Assembly: GCA_965112155.1 (NCBI GenBank)
Contig: OZ218105.1
Source: Podarcis liolepis
Lineage: Eukaryota
Reading direction: 5' to 3' (one strand)
DNA length: 64,000 bases
In this document: in pieces, positions 13,490 through 27,293 of the stretch
How positions within the stretch are numbered: the stretch's first letter is position 1
Layout: each line of letters starts with the position of its first letter
Program-made: the position numbers and the translations under genes
The notes under the pieces: model-generated
What the model was told of the DNA's origin: nothing
What the model saw: only the letters and a program-made list of their open reading frames with translations
Database searches by the model: none

Positions 13490-13855
13490 TCAGATTCTAG
13501 AGCTCCCTATTGGTGGCTCTTAGGTAATTCACAAAATACAGAGTCCATTCATAAAACAGTGTTCATTCATAAAGCAGTAACATAAATCTCCATTGCTACA
13601 TATTGGTTGAATATTTCAGTGGTTGAACGTACAGGTTTATTGCCATGCTGTAGTGTAGTGCTTATGTGACTGTGAATAAAAGGTGGCTGGGCTCATTGTT
13701 TTGGGGTTTGCAGGGGGGAGAGGTGACAAAACTGATTTCCAATAAGTGCCCCCCCCTTTATTTCCATAACAAGTCCTTGAGTCTGTACTCTGAATAGTGA
13801 CACCAGGGACCTAGGAGGTACAACGCTTGTCAGTCCAATCCCTGCACAGTTTCAT

Positions 13856-14060
13856 CAGGGCTGACCTTATGGCAATTGAAGCAATTTGGCCAAATTGGGC
13901 CCCATGTGCCGCTCCTAAGGGGGCCCCTGCACCAGGGCAATCTAGATGGATTTTATTTATAAGATTTTGCAGACTTTGGCTGTGAACTGGGGCCCTACAA
14001 AAAAAAAAAAATTCAAGTTGCACCCCACTACTTCAAATGGGGCCCCACTGGCTAGCCCTG
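13856..14060. mobile_element. hAT MITE
   Basis: TIRs cagggctgacc / ggctagccctg. 8-bp TSD agtttcat / agtctcat. Repeated ggggccc motifs. Confidence 0.8.
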
Positions 14061-15925
14061 AGTCTCATAGTTGCTGGGCCTGAGTTGCCCTGATCTTGCA
14101 TGAAGTCTTGGGTTTACAATTTTGGGAGAGGAGAGACTTCCAGCTGGGGAGCAGGAGGGCTGGTGAGGCCCCCTAGATTTAGAGGCCCTAGGTTTCAGCC
14201 TACTTAGCCTATACATAAATACATAAACACTGCCTCAATGATATCAATGGGAGAACAACAAAGTATGATTCAACTGCCAAATTCCCTATTAGCATCCAAT
14301 GCACCATATTTGCTCATCCGCTGATCTACCTGCACCCCTAAGACCCTAATTCTCTGCATTTAGCTTTGGTGTAGCTCTGGGGGCAGTGGTGAGAAGAGAG
14401 GAAGGGAAGAAGCAGTGGTGGACTTCAACGGTACCTTATGTTGTGTTAATATTTGGCACTTCCCGCCACCTCTCACCCTTTGTTCTACAGCATTGTTGTG
14501 ATGCCCCATGCAGCTGCACCGGTCATGCTACCCTAAAACCACCTCTGGAGGGAGGCCCTCTCTGAGGCCTGACACATTGTTACGGTCCCTACTCTGGGGG
14601 GGTGTAGGGGTTGTTGTTTTTTAGTACTAATAACATTATTCAGAGCTCCTTGTCGCATATCTTTCCTTTCTTTTCCTTCCTTTCTTGGGGGGAAAAAGGC
14701 ATTTTAAATCAAATAACTTAGAGAGTTGTGATATTTGCATTTCTTTGAGGGTATGAGCATTATACCTGGATTCATGAACATGCAGTGAAATAACATGCAG
14801 AAATGCATTATATTTTGGGAAATTGCTTGCAGAAATTTGTTCACGTGTCCAAAGCACATACAAAAATATATTCATTAGGAGAAATTCACACTAAAATGCT
14901 GGTGGAGTGTTATGTGGGTTTTAAAAAGAATTTGCAAAGCTGAACTTAAGGGTGGGGAAATGAGAGAACCAAAATTGACATATCCTTCCATCTCTAACAT
15001 CAATCACCTGTTATGTCACATAGCTGTTGTGTAACCAAAGACACTGTTTGGTAAGAGATGTGAAGCAATGATCCTAGTTCATTTGGCGTACTCAGAGTAG
15101 CGTTTGAGGACCACCACTTTCATTTCTACCAGGCGTGAACATAAGCCATCCTAAATAAAAGCAGAATAAATTTATTTCTAAAGGTGCCTCCTGTCTATCC
15201 TAGCAATGATAACCAAGGAAGACAATTTTTTGGAAATGGACCCATTTAGTTCCACCACCCTTTCCCTGCTCCCCTCCAACAGTCAGACTGTCAGTGTCTT
15301 GAGCAAGTACATGTAACATCTGCCATACGGCCAGGAATCCTGTACCAGATGTGTGTACCACTGGAACATTAAATTGGGCGGGGAGCAAGGAAAAAGTTTC
15401 AGATTTGATAGAAATTCCCTGTCTTGTGTTGGTTGCAGCCATATATTTAGTGTGACTTCAGTACAGTGGCTTTTGTGAGTTTAATAACTATTATGTACTC
15501 CTTATGATTGCTGGGTAATAATGAGTAATATTTCAGTCATTTATATTCTAAGAGCTACACGTTCGTGTATCAAGCACACCCTTGACTGCACCTTTTTAGG
15601 CTTTCATTTGGCCAGAATCACAAAAGCTTAATGTCAGATTATTATTTCTGGCATTCAGTCATCAGCAAATAACATTTTACCTTAAGATGTGATTCCCAGA
15701 TACTAAACACCAGAAATAATTGATCATCATGACATTCCTTTGTGAATTTCAACTTTCATTTTCTTCTCTGAACAACACATTTAGTCAGTTACATGTACCA
15801 ATTACTATGGTACATAAAAACAGGGTTGCTCTCGCTATTGTGTTCTTCAATAGAAGATTTACTCTCAATGCCCTTTCCAGGACAAAGCCAGTGAATTAGA
15901 ACTTCTAATGCTGCAGCGGTGTGTT

Positions 15926-15947
15926 TCTCTCTCTCTCTCCCTCTCTC

Positions 15948-15990
<43 letters not shown>
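15926..15990. repeat. (CT)n microsatellite
   Basis: Direct inspection. Confidence 0.95.
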
Positions 15991-15994
<4 letters not shown>

Positions 15995-17555
15995 CTGATT
16001 TGGACTATAAGTTGAAATGCGCACTGTTGTAACACCCTCTTAGAATTTTACCATGATTTGAACAGGGGCTATGTTTCCACCATTTCATTTCTTGTCACAT
16101 TTTACTGTTTCCCTGAACCACCCAACATAGAATTTCGGGGGTGTGTGTGTGTTAAAATCAGGATTTAAGAAGCAAATTGAAATTATTATTTTTTTTACAC
16201 AAATCGGTCCAACGGAAATTAATAATGAAGTTTTTTTAGTTTTTTTTAGGGGGAGGATTAAAATTGCTGAGGAATGAAAAGAATACAGAACAAAGAGCTC
16301 AGATTCAAGAGCGAGTTTGAAGATTTAGAAAGCACAGAAGCATTCTTGCATAGAACTGAGAATAAAAGCACTTGAGCAGTTACTGGAACAGAAGGCTTGC
16401 TTTTGCCTACTGCTGTGGTCCGTATATCAGTGCTGAAATTGGACATTAATTAGCACTTTATTTGCTGTTGTGCTCCTTTTCTTCCAAATATTTCCTTTGG
16501 GGCCATGACAGCCATTTCCTGCCCTTTCATCTTTTTTCCCCCTAGTGATTGAACTATTAGCCTCCTGTACCTGTGAGAGAATGAATATTAGCTACTTATG
16601 GAAGAACCAAAGAGCTAAATAGCATGCACCACATGTAGGTATAAGGATGCAATGAAATTAAGGTTACGTCTGTCAGGCCTTAGGGAGAAAAATATCACAC
16701 CATTAAAAAAAGAAAGAAAGAAACTCAGAGGAAGAAGGAGAAAAAGCCCTCAAAATTTCAAATCAGAAAGTGGCATGTGAAAGGATTTTTATTAAATCCT
16801 GTTGTACCTTAAAGATATGCTTAAGTTCTTGGTGACTTGGGATGAACTTCATCATTTATGTAATGGCTTTTTAAAACCTAGATCCAAAAGGAGTTAAAAT
16901 TAAAAGGATTCATGACTCTCTTTTTTTGAACCGGGCTGCAAAGTGTGGAGCATTGTAGCATATTCCAACAAACCACTTAACCATGTAATTAAATCAGAGG
17001 CATTAGAGTAGCTCATTTGAAATTAACTGGAGCTGCTTAAATGCTAGGCCTTATCATTATTATTCATTTATATAGTGCAGTGAGCATTCAGAGTACTATA
17101 CTCCCCTTATCAGGGTCATCCTTGTAAGGTGGGTCATTATTACCCCCATTTTGCACCTCAGGAATTGAGGACGAAGCACACTGGTGTCACTCAAGTCTAC
17201 CCATGAAAGCTCAGTCTCACCAGGGATCAAGCCCACTGTACAATCACACTTTAAGTGCCTTGCTTGTTAAATGACAGCATGCCGTCATATACACATTTCA
17301 AAACACAGAGACTAACTTTGGTTAGGACATGGTTTTACAGACTGTGGTGCCATTATAGATTATACGTAATGGTGAGCCCATACTGAATCTAATTGAATGA
17401 ATCCGTGTTTCATCTAAATCCTCTACAATAACACATGATTCTCATATGTATTTGAGACATAGATATAGATACAGATACAAAGATAGATTACTATGCTCAC
17501 AGAGACACACATATATATGCAGATTAAAAATATATTGTATGAACCATATATGAGA

Positions 17556-17558
<3 letters not shown>

Positions 17559-17608
<50 letters not shown>
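17559..17608. repeat. (GA)n microsatellite
   Basis: Direct inspection. Confidence 0.97.
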
Positions 17609-17610
<2 letters not shown>

Positions 17611-20600
17611 CTCAAACCCATATATATATGGTTCATGTGAAATATTGTACTCTGCATACAGTCACCCTGGACATTGAATACAGTAATATCATTGAGGAGT
17701 ACTTGTGTAGGCAGGTGAGCTCCAGTTTTGAAGGAGCTCTCTATGTGGACCTTCCAGAATCAGTGGACTTGCTTAGCATCAGTAGCACTCTGATCAGCAC
17801 AAGTGGGGAACTGAGAGCCGCTACGTTAACTTCCCACAATTACCCAGAGTGGTGCTACATCAAGGGCATTATGGTTGGACCAGTGTCATTTTAAAAAAAC
17901 ATTTTGGATAGAGCAGGATAGACAACAGCACTGGTAGCAGCCTAAGGAGGGCTGGCCCTGATGCCAGGCTTAAAAGTTCTTCCCAATGGAACATCCTGCA
18001 AACATCCTCCATCTGTGGAAGCTTGCACAAGGACTTCCATTTGCATGATGGGGCTTTGCCTCCTCTTCTTCACCGGTGTACTCTCCACGCACCCCAAAAT
18101 TGCTTCATGGAGGTGAGGGGAAACCTCAGAGCAGCAGGCAGGAGAAATTATTGAACGAACATGGCATTGAATTCCACTCACTTTGGTGGGTTTTCCTGCC
18201 GGGGCTTTGGATGTTTTTAAACGAGTTGCAATTTTCACCCTGAACAGATATTTCAGCAGCTGTATGGATAATGTCATTGGATTATAATTTGATGTTCTTT
18301 TAACTGGGTTGTTTTGTGCCTTTATTTCTATCCTGCAGTGTCATTTGTATACCCATTAAAAACCCACATGGGCATGTAAATTGGAATTCTTAGAACTGTT
18401 CATCTGCAGAATCAATTGCAGCTCAAAAACCCAATACCTTACAGAATGGCTTTTCCCATTTGAGCCTGACTGGACCCTGATGTCAACATCAGTGACCCTT
18501 CTCTTTGTGCCCTTATGAGCAGAAATCTGGAGGGCAGCAACAAGAGAACTGACCGTTTCAAAATGGACTCCCCTTCATAGAATTATCTCTTGGCCTGGCA
18601 CTGATGTGGACATCTTTTGGTGCCAGGCCAAGACATTTCTCTTCTGCTTGGCATTTAAGTATCAATATTCTTTGCAGCAGTTGCAGAAATTGGGGGGGGG
18701 TTTCTCTGGTGGTTAGGGAGATAGTTGGTGGAATTGTTTTAAGATTTGATTGCTTTGGGTTGTGTATTGATTTTAAATATTTTAAAATAGTATATTTTAC
18801 TATCATTTTGTAAGTCGCTTTGAGTCATTTATTAATAAGCTCATTAATAAACAAACCGACAATATTCTGTAAAAGAACCCTAAATCAACAGTTTCTTATT
18901 ACTCTGAGTAAAATGATACCACTTTTGAAGTTCAGGGCTACCATCATTTTGCCTTGTGCCCAATTCTCATTCCATTTTCTCTGAATCTCATGCAACAGAT
19001 TTTATTTTATTTTATTGAGTTATTCCTGCATGCAATTTGTGTCCTGTGTGGCCACATTTGTGCTACTCAATCCCAAGATCCCCATCTGAGGGCAATTAAC
19101 TTATTTAATCAAACTCAGAAAAATAGAACAAAATGATTGTTCCCAATTCTGCTGCTTCCTGGATGAAAACTTAAGTAGAACTACTAAAATAGAACAAAAT
19201 GTGTATTTTGCCTTTGTTCCTGTGTGCTCATACGCTGTACGCAAAAGCCCTTGGAGGAATTTCAAGTAGGTGATTGTTGGTAATCATTTTGTTTAAATGT
19301 GCAAGGTTGCACAGAACCTCAGTCTATCAGGAAACAGAATGTTCTTGCTCAATTATATTAGCAATCATTATTTCAATGGTGGAAAGTTCCACAGTAAATA
19401 ATACAGACTCTTTATCATGCTTAAAAAGAAGTGCTTCTCTTTAAAAATCACAGGAGATTTCAAAACAGTCAGGAGGGAGGAAGAGACAGTCTGTTTGCTC
19501 TCAAACAAGTAAAATTAAGCTATTCTCTTGTCCCTGAGACTATTTTACCCTGTAGATAACCCGGGACAATGCTGTGCCTGTCAATAGGAGACAAGGAGAA
19601 AAAGCTCCAGGATGATCTTGTAATCGTTATGTTCATATGCATTGCAATTTGCAAATATGTTTCTGAATGACAATTTAAAAGGATATGTGGCATGATTCAT
19701 CTTTCCCTCTTATTTTTTTTCTTAGCAGGAGGCTTCTGTTCATAGAATTACACAGTGTGACTCCCAGGAAAACAGCAAGATTTGATAAGTATTTGTTTCA
19801 TAGGGCGAGTATTTAGCAGGGTCCTTGGGGATATGTCCCTTCTAATTTTTGACATTCTGATTAGGGCTATTCCTGACTAGGGTTTATTGTTTTGATAAAT
19901 CCTTCCTTTGTACCTTCTTTCTGTCCCCAGGGTAAAATGATATCCCTGGGACCAGATTCTGCTTTCCAGATTGATAGTGTAAATCCTGAGCAGGATTTGG
20001 ATTTACAGAGTACACATGGATACTACACTTTATAGTTAAAACTGGGTTGGTTCTGGGAGTTGAAACTAACACCATTTTAAAAGCCCATTTGGTGTACCTT
20101 GGAGTTAATGAAAGTGCACTCACAGAATTGAAACCATAGGACCATTATCTTAGGTTAGGGAGGAGAAAAGAGTGACGCTCCAATGTTATAAGATTATGAC
20201 TCCCATTATCCCTGTCAATTAAATTGAAAGGATGAGTGTTGAAGTCCACCTTCATATGGACCATCACAAGCTCCCCCTTCCTGTATTTGGTAGAGTTGGT
20301 TTGGTGTAGAGATAATGAAGCAAACGATGCCCTTGGAAAGTGACCCCTTTCATCCTTTGTCCTGTCTCAGAGCCATAGGATATTTGTTTACCTATTACGC
20401 CATGGCAGGCCCAGAGGTAGCATGACCCAATTATTGATCTACCAAGTGTGTTCTTCCAAGACAGCATCTGTCTCTAAGCTTGGTGGGCTGGGGCAGCTGA
20501 AGCTCAGCAAGGAGATTTGTGTCCTGTTGACCAGGCAAGGCCAGAATATCAGGTTCATAGTACCGGTAGCAGGCTTGGCCAATCAAGAGACTTCCTGTCT

Positions 20601-20894
20601 GCCATTCTTGAAGGCCGGTATTTCACCCTCCAGTTCTCATCTGTGATTAAAGAGGGCTCTGAGGACTGAGTGGGGCCTAGAGAAGCAAGTAGCAATGAAC
20701 CACAAGGGCCAATCTGACTAGATTTGCATTCCCTTGAAGTTTATACCTTCAACTACTATGGGAACAAGTACTTGCAGCTATAGGGATTTGAACTCTTGTC
20801 AATAGTGATGATGGGGTGACAAAAGAAAGCTTATTTCTTTATAATAAATAAAAAACCCACAATGAGCACATATTATGTATTGCTAGATTAATAA

Positions 20895-21255
20895 AGCTAG
20901 TTTATTTTATTTAACAAAATTTATATACTGCTTCATTCTAATTAAATCACTTTACTATAAATATTATAATTATCCATAGAAAGAGTTAAAATAATTAAAA
21001 ACATTTAAAAATAACCAAAATTAACAGTAACATAGATACGTCAATATCTACAGCAAAGATGCCTACTTGATGCCTATTGGCAGGAGGTTCCAAAGCTCTG
21101 TCACACTAAAATATTGATTTCTTGGAACTGCATGTCAAGTGGGTACATATGAGGTAAGGCAATCCTGCCAGTAAACTGCTCCTAAGTCGTTAACAGCTAT
21201 ATACATTGAACTTGGCTTGGTAGCAAATCAGCAAAACAGTGCACATCTCTGCAGA
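20895..21255 (-). mobile_element. Old L2 LINE 3' fragment
   Basis: AT-rich tail, then ggcaggaggttccaaag and ttgaacttggcttggtagcaaatcagc, typical of L2 ORF2 in reverse. Confidence 0.55.
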
Positions 21256-21594
21256 GAGATCAAGAAGGAGGAGCAAGGTCACACTCCCACTGTCCCATGT
21301 TAATCCATCAGGGCAACCCAGGGCAACTCAGTTACTGAGAAGAATTCACATAAGTTGTGTTGGTGGAATCTTCCAGGGGTTCTTCTCCTCCTGAACTGGC
21401 AAAAGAGGAAAGATAAATGAGCCTAGAGACGTCCATGAACCATGAAGCACCAGGTGGCAAACATGAGTATTAAGACAAAAGCATGCAAGCCTGGCAGAAG
21501 GAAGGTCACCACCCCATGAACCTTCTCTGAGTTATAGCAACTGACCAGTCATACTAGGAAATGAAGGCTCCAAATTTTGGTAGCTTCTATGATG

Positions 21595-21969
21595 AGGATA
21601 TTATGCACTGTGGTCTAAACCACTGAGCCTCTTGGGCTTGCCGATCAGAAGGTTGGTGGTTCAAATCCACGTGGCAGGGTGAGCTCCTGTTGCTCTGTCC
21701 CAGCTCCTGCCAACCTAGCAGTTCGAAAACACACCAGTGCAAGTAGATAACTAGGTACAGCTGTGGCGGGAAGGTAAATGGCATTTCTGTGCACTCTAGC
21801 TTCCGTCACAGTGTTCTGTTGCGGCAGAAGCGGTTTAGACATGCTGGCCACATGGCTGTCTGAGGACAAACGCCGGCTCCCTCAGCCTGAAAGCTAGATG
21901 AGCGCCGCATCCCCATAGTCGACTTTGACTGGACTCAACCATCCAGGGGTCCTTTACCTTTTACCTTTT
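21595..21969 (+). mobile_element. Sauria SINE (Squam1)
   Basis: B box ggttcaaatcc, body cccagctcctgccaacctagcagttcgaaa, tail cctttaccttttacc. Possible TSD tatgatg. Confidence 0.95.
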
Positions 21970-23044
21970 TATGATGCAGTCCTACCTCTTCATGTTATAC
22001 TTTTGGAAAATTAGTACTGGAGGCACCTTGTGGAGACTTTGACCATTATCAAAGTGGTCTCTAGGTGCAGCCTCTGACAACACTGCTCCATCTTTCTGAG
22101 AGAGAGAAATAATGGAATCCTGCTTCATAAGGTGATTCCTTTGCCTCACAATGATAATTTTAAAAAGAGTTAAAAATGTTATGGGCTTTCAGCAGGACAC
22201 TGCAGGATATGAGCTGACTGGAAACAAAGTGGTGTGACTACTCCAAAACTTTTGTACGTGCATAAAGTATTGAAACCAGGGTCACACGTGATCACCTCAA
22301 AAGCATCATGAGTACAAATCCATAATGAAAAGGATGTATGGGGGTTCTGAAGCTTGGTTACCTCATCAACCAATCAAACAGCTGATGAGGTCACAGCACA
22401 GACTTACTCCATGTCTTTTTTTTTATCAAGAGAAACCAACTTCACATCCTCGTCACATTGGATACTGTATCAAAAGCACCTATCTGGGGGAGGAGGCTGA
22501 ATCTGTACTAAACTAACTTATAAAAGTAGTTCAGATTTTCATGGCCACTAACATTGTTCTTGCCCTGTTTACTCAGCTGCTTGATTGTTTTGTCATATTA
22601 AATACATAACATATGTCCCTGATGGAGTCAGAGAATAGTATGAAAAAGTAGCTCTATGCTGCTCGTTCGAGTGCTGTGCATTAGTTGCTCATTTGCAATA
22701 GGGTTAAAATACGGGCTCTAAAAGTGACTGGAATATTTTTTAAAGAATGATTTCCATTTGGAAGCTTCACTATGGAACCCTTTTCCTGTTCATCTCAATA
22801 ATCACATAAAGTTTTCCAAATACAAACTGAACACAGTTTGCTGAAACTAGTGGCCCGACGAAAGAAACTGCTGGTGATAAGGGTTGTGAAGAGTCTGTCA
22901 TCCTCCTCAGTCTGTGGGCGTTCAAGGCACTGCACTCTGGTCTCTGGGTGAGAGCTGCATTGCTTTTCTACTCGCTATGGGCAGACCAGCTATAAAGAAG
23001 CAAGTCAACCAGAAGGGAACCGGAACAGGAAATGCTGTTTTAAA

Positions 23045-23248
23045 GCCCTGTGGAACGTCCTCCCATCAGATGTCAAGGAAATAAACAACTATCTGACTTT
23101 TAGAAGACATCTGAAGGCAGCCTTGTTTAGGGAAGTTTTTAATGTTTGATGGTTTATTGTGCTTTTAATTCTGTTAGGAGCCGCCCAGAGTGGCTGGAGA
23201 AACCCAGCCAGATGGGTGGGGTATAAATAATAAATTATTATTATTATT
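23045..23248 (+). mobile_element. L2-clade LINE 3' end
   Basis: Encodes the end of ORF2 (LWNVLPSDVKEINNYLTFRRHLKAALFREVF), then the 3'UTR and a (TAT)n tail. Confidence 0.8.
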
Positions 23249-23744
23249 AAAAATGAGTAGACTGCTGGCTATATGTGTGTTGTATGTGTGTAGAAGGTGT
23301 TTAGTGTGAGTTCCCACAAATTTGTGTGATGTTCAGGGGGTACGATTTGAGCAACTTCCATTTTGCGCCTGCCCCTCCCCTTGCTGGCTTTTTTCCATTG
23401 GTTATCCATAGCTTGGACCAAAACAGCAAACGCAAGAAGTTCCTGCCGTCTAATCTCCTAATTCCTCTCCTGAACAGAATTTCAGAACACCAGGTGTTAA
23501 ATAAATAAACAAGAATGCAAAAGAACGCATTGTATGCATGCTCATAACTTGGAGCTCAAACCTTGTAGGCATGCTCATAACTCCAGTATTTACTGGTTGC
23601 AAGAACATTTCTCAGTCCAAACACATCCCAACATGGGTGTGGACAGGAAAAAGTGCAACCAACCTCCCGAAAACAGCAACTTGGGAGTAGTGGTGTAGAA
23701 GGCAGAAAACATCAGAACTAAACAGCAGCTATAGTGTTGGAAAT

Positions 23745-24107
23745 GGGACGCGGGTGGCACTGTGGGTAAAGCCTCAGTGCCTAGGACTTGCCAATCGTAT
23801 GGTCGGTGGTTCGAATCCCCGCAGCGGGGTGAGCTCCCGCCGTTCGGTCCCAGCTCCTGCCCACCTAGCAGTTCGAAAGCACCCCTAAGTGCAAGTAGAT
23901 ACATAGGGACCGCTTACCTAGCGGGAAGGTAAATGGCATTCCATGTGCGGTGCTGGTGCTGGCTCGCCAGTGCAGCTTCGTCACGCTGGCCACGTGACCC
24001 AGAAGTGTCTTTGGACAGCGCCGGCTCCCGGCCTCTAGAGTGAGATGAGCATGCAAACCCTAGAGTCGGTCACGACTGGCCCGTACGGGCAGGGGTACCT
24101 TTACCTT
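23745..24107 (+). mobile_element. Sauria SINE (Squam1), full-length, distinct subfamily
   Basis: Starts gggacgcgggtggc, B box ggttcgaatcc, tail acctttacctt. 14-bp TSD tatagtgttggaaa (23730-23743) / tattgtgttggaaa (24108-24121). Confidence 0.95.
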
Positions 24108-24324
24108 TATTGTGTTGGAAAGACTCCATGTCAGAAAAACCTTCAAAGCATCATTCATAGAGGGTGAAAACTTTCAAGGATTTGGCAGACAGTTTTCAGC
24201 ACAGTTTTCAGTTTGAATGGTGACCAAATGCCATGTCAGGGCTATGGGATGCAAACTTGTCTGGGCTTCTGATACAGCATAGACTCAGCGGTACAGTTTG
24301 TGAGTTGCATGCAGGGGGCTAGAC

Positions 24325-24470
24325 TTTTAGAATTTCCAGTTTAAGCATCTCAAGCAGCAGGGCTGGGAAAGCCCTCTGCTCAAGTTCCTGGGAGAGCAAT
24401 TGTCAGTCAGCCAAGATAGTATCAACCTAGATTGATCATGGCTCTGATCCCAAATAAGGTAGTTTCTTAT
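24325..24470 (+). mobile_element. Squam3-type SINE 3' part
   Basis: gcatctc...gggctgggaaagccctctgc...gtcagtcagccaagatagtatcaacctagat. Confidence 0.55.
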
Positions 24471-25194
24471 CACACATGTAAGTAGCAAGGGATGTCGGTC
24501 TCTTTCCTGAGAGGGACTTTGAGGCCGGTAACAGAAAAACCTGAGCCAACAAAAGTGTAATTTGAAAGCCACAGAAGTATCCACAGTATTTATGTTCCTT
24601 TATATACCTATCAATTTTGCAGCTACTCCTGAGGCTTTCAAATGACACAATGTGGGTAGAGACACCTTTCCCAAGGATCTTAACATCCAAATCATATTAG
24701 TATTTGTCATATTTATCCAAAGACCTTATCATCCCCTGGAAAATTCTCAGGTTAGTCTCACAACAAGGATTACTTTTGCATTTCCTAGTTGGAGAAACGT
24801 TTGATCAAAGTTGTCCTAATCTTAGCAGAACACTGTATGTGACTCTGACCCTTCACCGCCCTGGAAGCGGCCTCCTGTCCCTCTTAGAATTCAGCTGTGT
24901 GACCCAAGAGGGACATCATCTGTGGCATCAAAGTGCATGACAGTTGAATGGCCTTGATATTTTGCTTTTGCAATAAAGCAGATGATTCTGATACTACAGG
25001 TGATGACCATTTCACAAGGGGGGTGATTCCGCCTAAGTGTGCCCACACCCCATCAGGTCATGCTCCCATTATGCCACACCTCCATTACACCCCTGTTCTG
25101 CCCCCAGTCTTCCTTCTTCTGGGTCCAAAAGGACCCATGAGTCTGTGATCACACATCATTTGGACATGCCTAAAATGGCCGCCTCCTGTGTAGA

Positions 25195-25337
25195 AGAAAT
25201 GGACCATTGATCTGATTGGCAGCGGCTGAGGCTTTTCAGATCCCCTGCTACCTGACACTTCAATTGTTGATGCCATGGATTGAACATGGGTCCTTCTGCA
25301 TGCAAAACAAGTGCTCTACTGAGCTACAGTCTCTCCT
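25195..25337 (-). mobile_element. Squam3-type SINE
   Basis: Reverse-complement tRNA head: ggattgaacatgggtccttctgcatgcaaaacaagtgctctactgagctac. Confidence 0.7.
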
Positions 25338-25496
25338 TGTCTATTGCCTGCCTGTTTCATTTCTTTTTTTCCCTCCAAACATGTTTAAGTTAGCTAAAAA
25401 CATTTTTGCTGAATAGGCATTCTAGGAATAATTTAAGCATGGCCTGGGCCGGATTCTTCCACTGCTTATCTATTTGTACTTTGTTGCAACTATGAA

Positions 25497-25636
25497 GCCA
25501 GGCTTGAGGAACTATTGGCCCTCCAATTGTTGTTGGACTACATATCCCATCGGCTGCAGCCATTGGCTCTGATGGTTGGGCCTGATGGGAGTTGGAGTCC
25601 CACATCAACTGCAGGGCCACAGGTTCCCCACACCTA
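25497..25636. mobile_element. Short palindromic hAT-like MITE (further copies near 37152, 47594, 62447)
   Basis: gaggaact...ggactacatatcccatc / gatgggagttggagtcc...aggttcccca inverted structure. Confidence 0.65.
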
Positions 25637-26149
25637 AATTTTGCTGTAAGGCTAGCAGGGTACAACAGGGGTGAGGAACGGTAGCTTGTAAATGGCGCTT
25701 ATTTTTCTTTGATGACATGAATGGCAATAATTTCACCACAACACTTTGCTAAATATGGAGGTGGTTACAAGGGCAATTGTGTCGATCGGCACCCTGTTCT
25801 GCAGAGACTCCCCCCATTCACCTCCGAATCAGTGGGAAGTTGCATTTCACTGGGCACTCATCCTAACTTCCCACTGCTGCGAACAAATGGCATCGCCCTC
25901 TTTAAAAACTGTACTTCCTAGCAACATGTTTGAAACTACAGCTGCCTGATATGGCTAATGAATTTTACAATCAAAAGCTAAAGTGAATTAGCTGTAGCAG
26001 ATGTTTTTTCTCTGGGAACCACCAGACCTTTCTGGCCGCTCATTTATCCTTCAAGAGGATAAAACTTTGCACTTCTATTATGTGTTGTCATTGGAGCATT
26101 GCACAACTTTATCAAACTTTTTTTTTTTTAATCCTGGAAACTGAATTAA

Positions 26150-26910
26150 TTTTCTGCAAAGGTTTTTTTTTTTAATATGTGTGTCTCTCTCTCTCTCTCT
26201 TTAATCACATTTGCTGGGGAACATGTGTACTGTAAAGTTGAAGAGAGCAGATTATGGCTTTCAGAAAGGCCATTTTCAAAAGAAAACTGCCCTCTCGCTC
26301 CCGAGGCCTCCATCTGAAGGTCCTCTGGTTTTGTGAAGAGGAAAAAATTAATTACTATTTTAATAATGAAGCCAAGCCTGCTGAAAATCCTCTTAGAAAG
26401 TAGCTGGGTGATGTAATGGCTAGCAGGGGGGATATTGAAAACAGTGACCACACAGTCTGCTGTTCGCTTTTTCTATTCAATCCCTGTAAGATGATACGGA
26501 CTGCTGGATCGCACATTAGGGAATTAAAAGCATAACACTGGCTGGCTGGCGAAAGGGGTGATACAGAGATAGCAGGTCACTCTAATATTAACATTTGCTT
26601 TAACCTTTCAAGTGACCTGCTGTCATCGGAAAGGGGCACAGCGGGGGGGTTGAGGGGGGAGAGAAGAGGACAATGATTTAGTCAGAGTGTTATGCAAAGG
26701 GACACCAGTTTCAGTTGTGGTTTTTGGTCGCTCTCAAATGATCCTGTTCCAAACTGGACACTGCGAAAAGTGAAAGCAGACCCTTCATTCATTCATTCAT
26801 TCATTTGAGAGCCAAATTGTTCTGATTACATAAAGACTGCAGGCAATGGTTAGGAATGGAGGAAAGCATCTAGTCAGAGCACTGAGCATCGTTGATTAAT
26901 TGTGACTCCC
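26150..26910. promoter_or_regulatory. Candidate conserved non-coding element
   Basis: No recognisable TE. TAAT clusters, MEIS-type CTGTCA (26620) and TGATTAAT (26893-26900). Inference only. Confidence 0.35.
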
Positions 26911-27293
26911 TTTGTACACAAGATATTTTGTGTGTGCGCACATGCATTTGCTCCGAGATATACTGTGCTGACTCAAAATCTATGGGACATTGATAGTGTT
27001 TTGTTCTCAAGATGGTCAGAGGCAGTAAGAGGGAGGGGGAAAGAGAGAGGGGAGAGAATTTTTATCTCCAAATAGAAAGCTCCTTTCCGACAATGCCATT
27101 CCCACTCTTAGGTAGGGGCAAATTTGTTACACCCCTATCATCCCAAGGGATGACTAAACTCTCCCTAGGGAGGAGTTTTGAGGTGGTGTGAGAGGACAAC
27201 TGTACAATCTGGATATATAAGCCTGCTTCATAGCACACAGAACAAAATATAAGAGCTGTAGGGCAAGAAGTTATCTTATAATTCTGCTGTAAC

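Larger units (their letters stand above)
11925..14232. mobile_element. About 2.3-kb hAT (Tip100-like) non-autonomous element carrying nested insertions
   Basis: Perfect 8-bp TSD cctcaatg at 11917-11924 and 14233-14240. Ends cagggccagattta / taaat..acactg. Subterminal repeat agaggccctagg at 11946 and 14181. Confidence 0.7.

Noticed and set aside
22382-22410. Possible hammerhead (ctgatgag-gtc...gac)
   Set aside because: No GAAA box after the stem and no helix I or III pairing.
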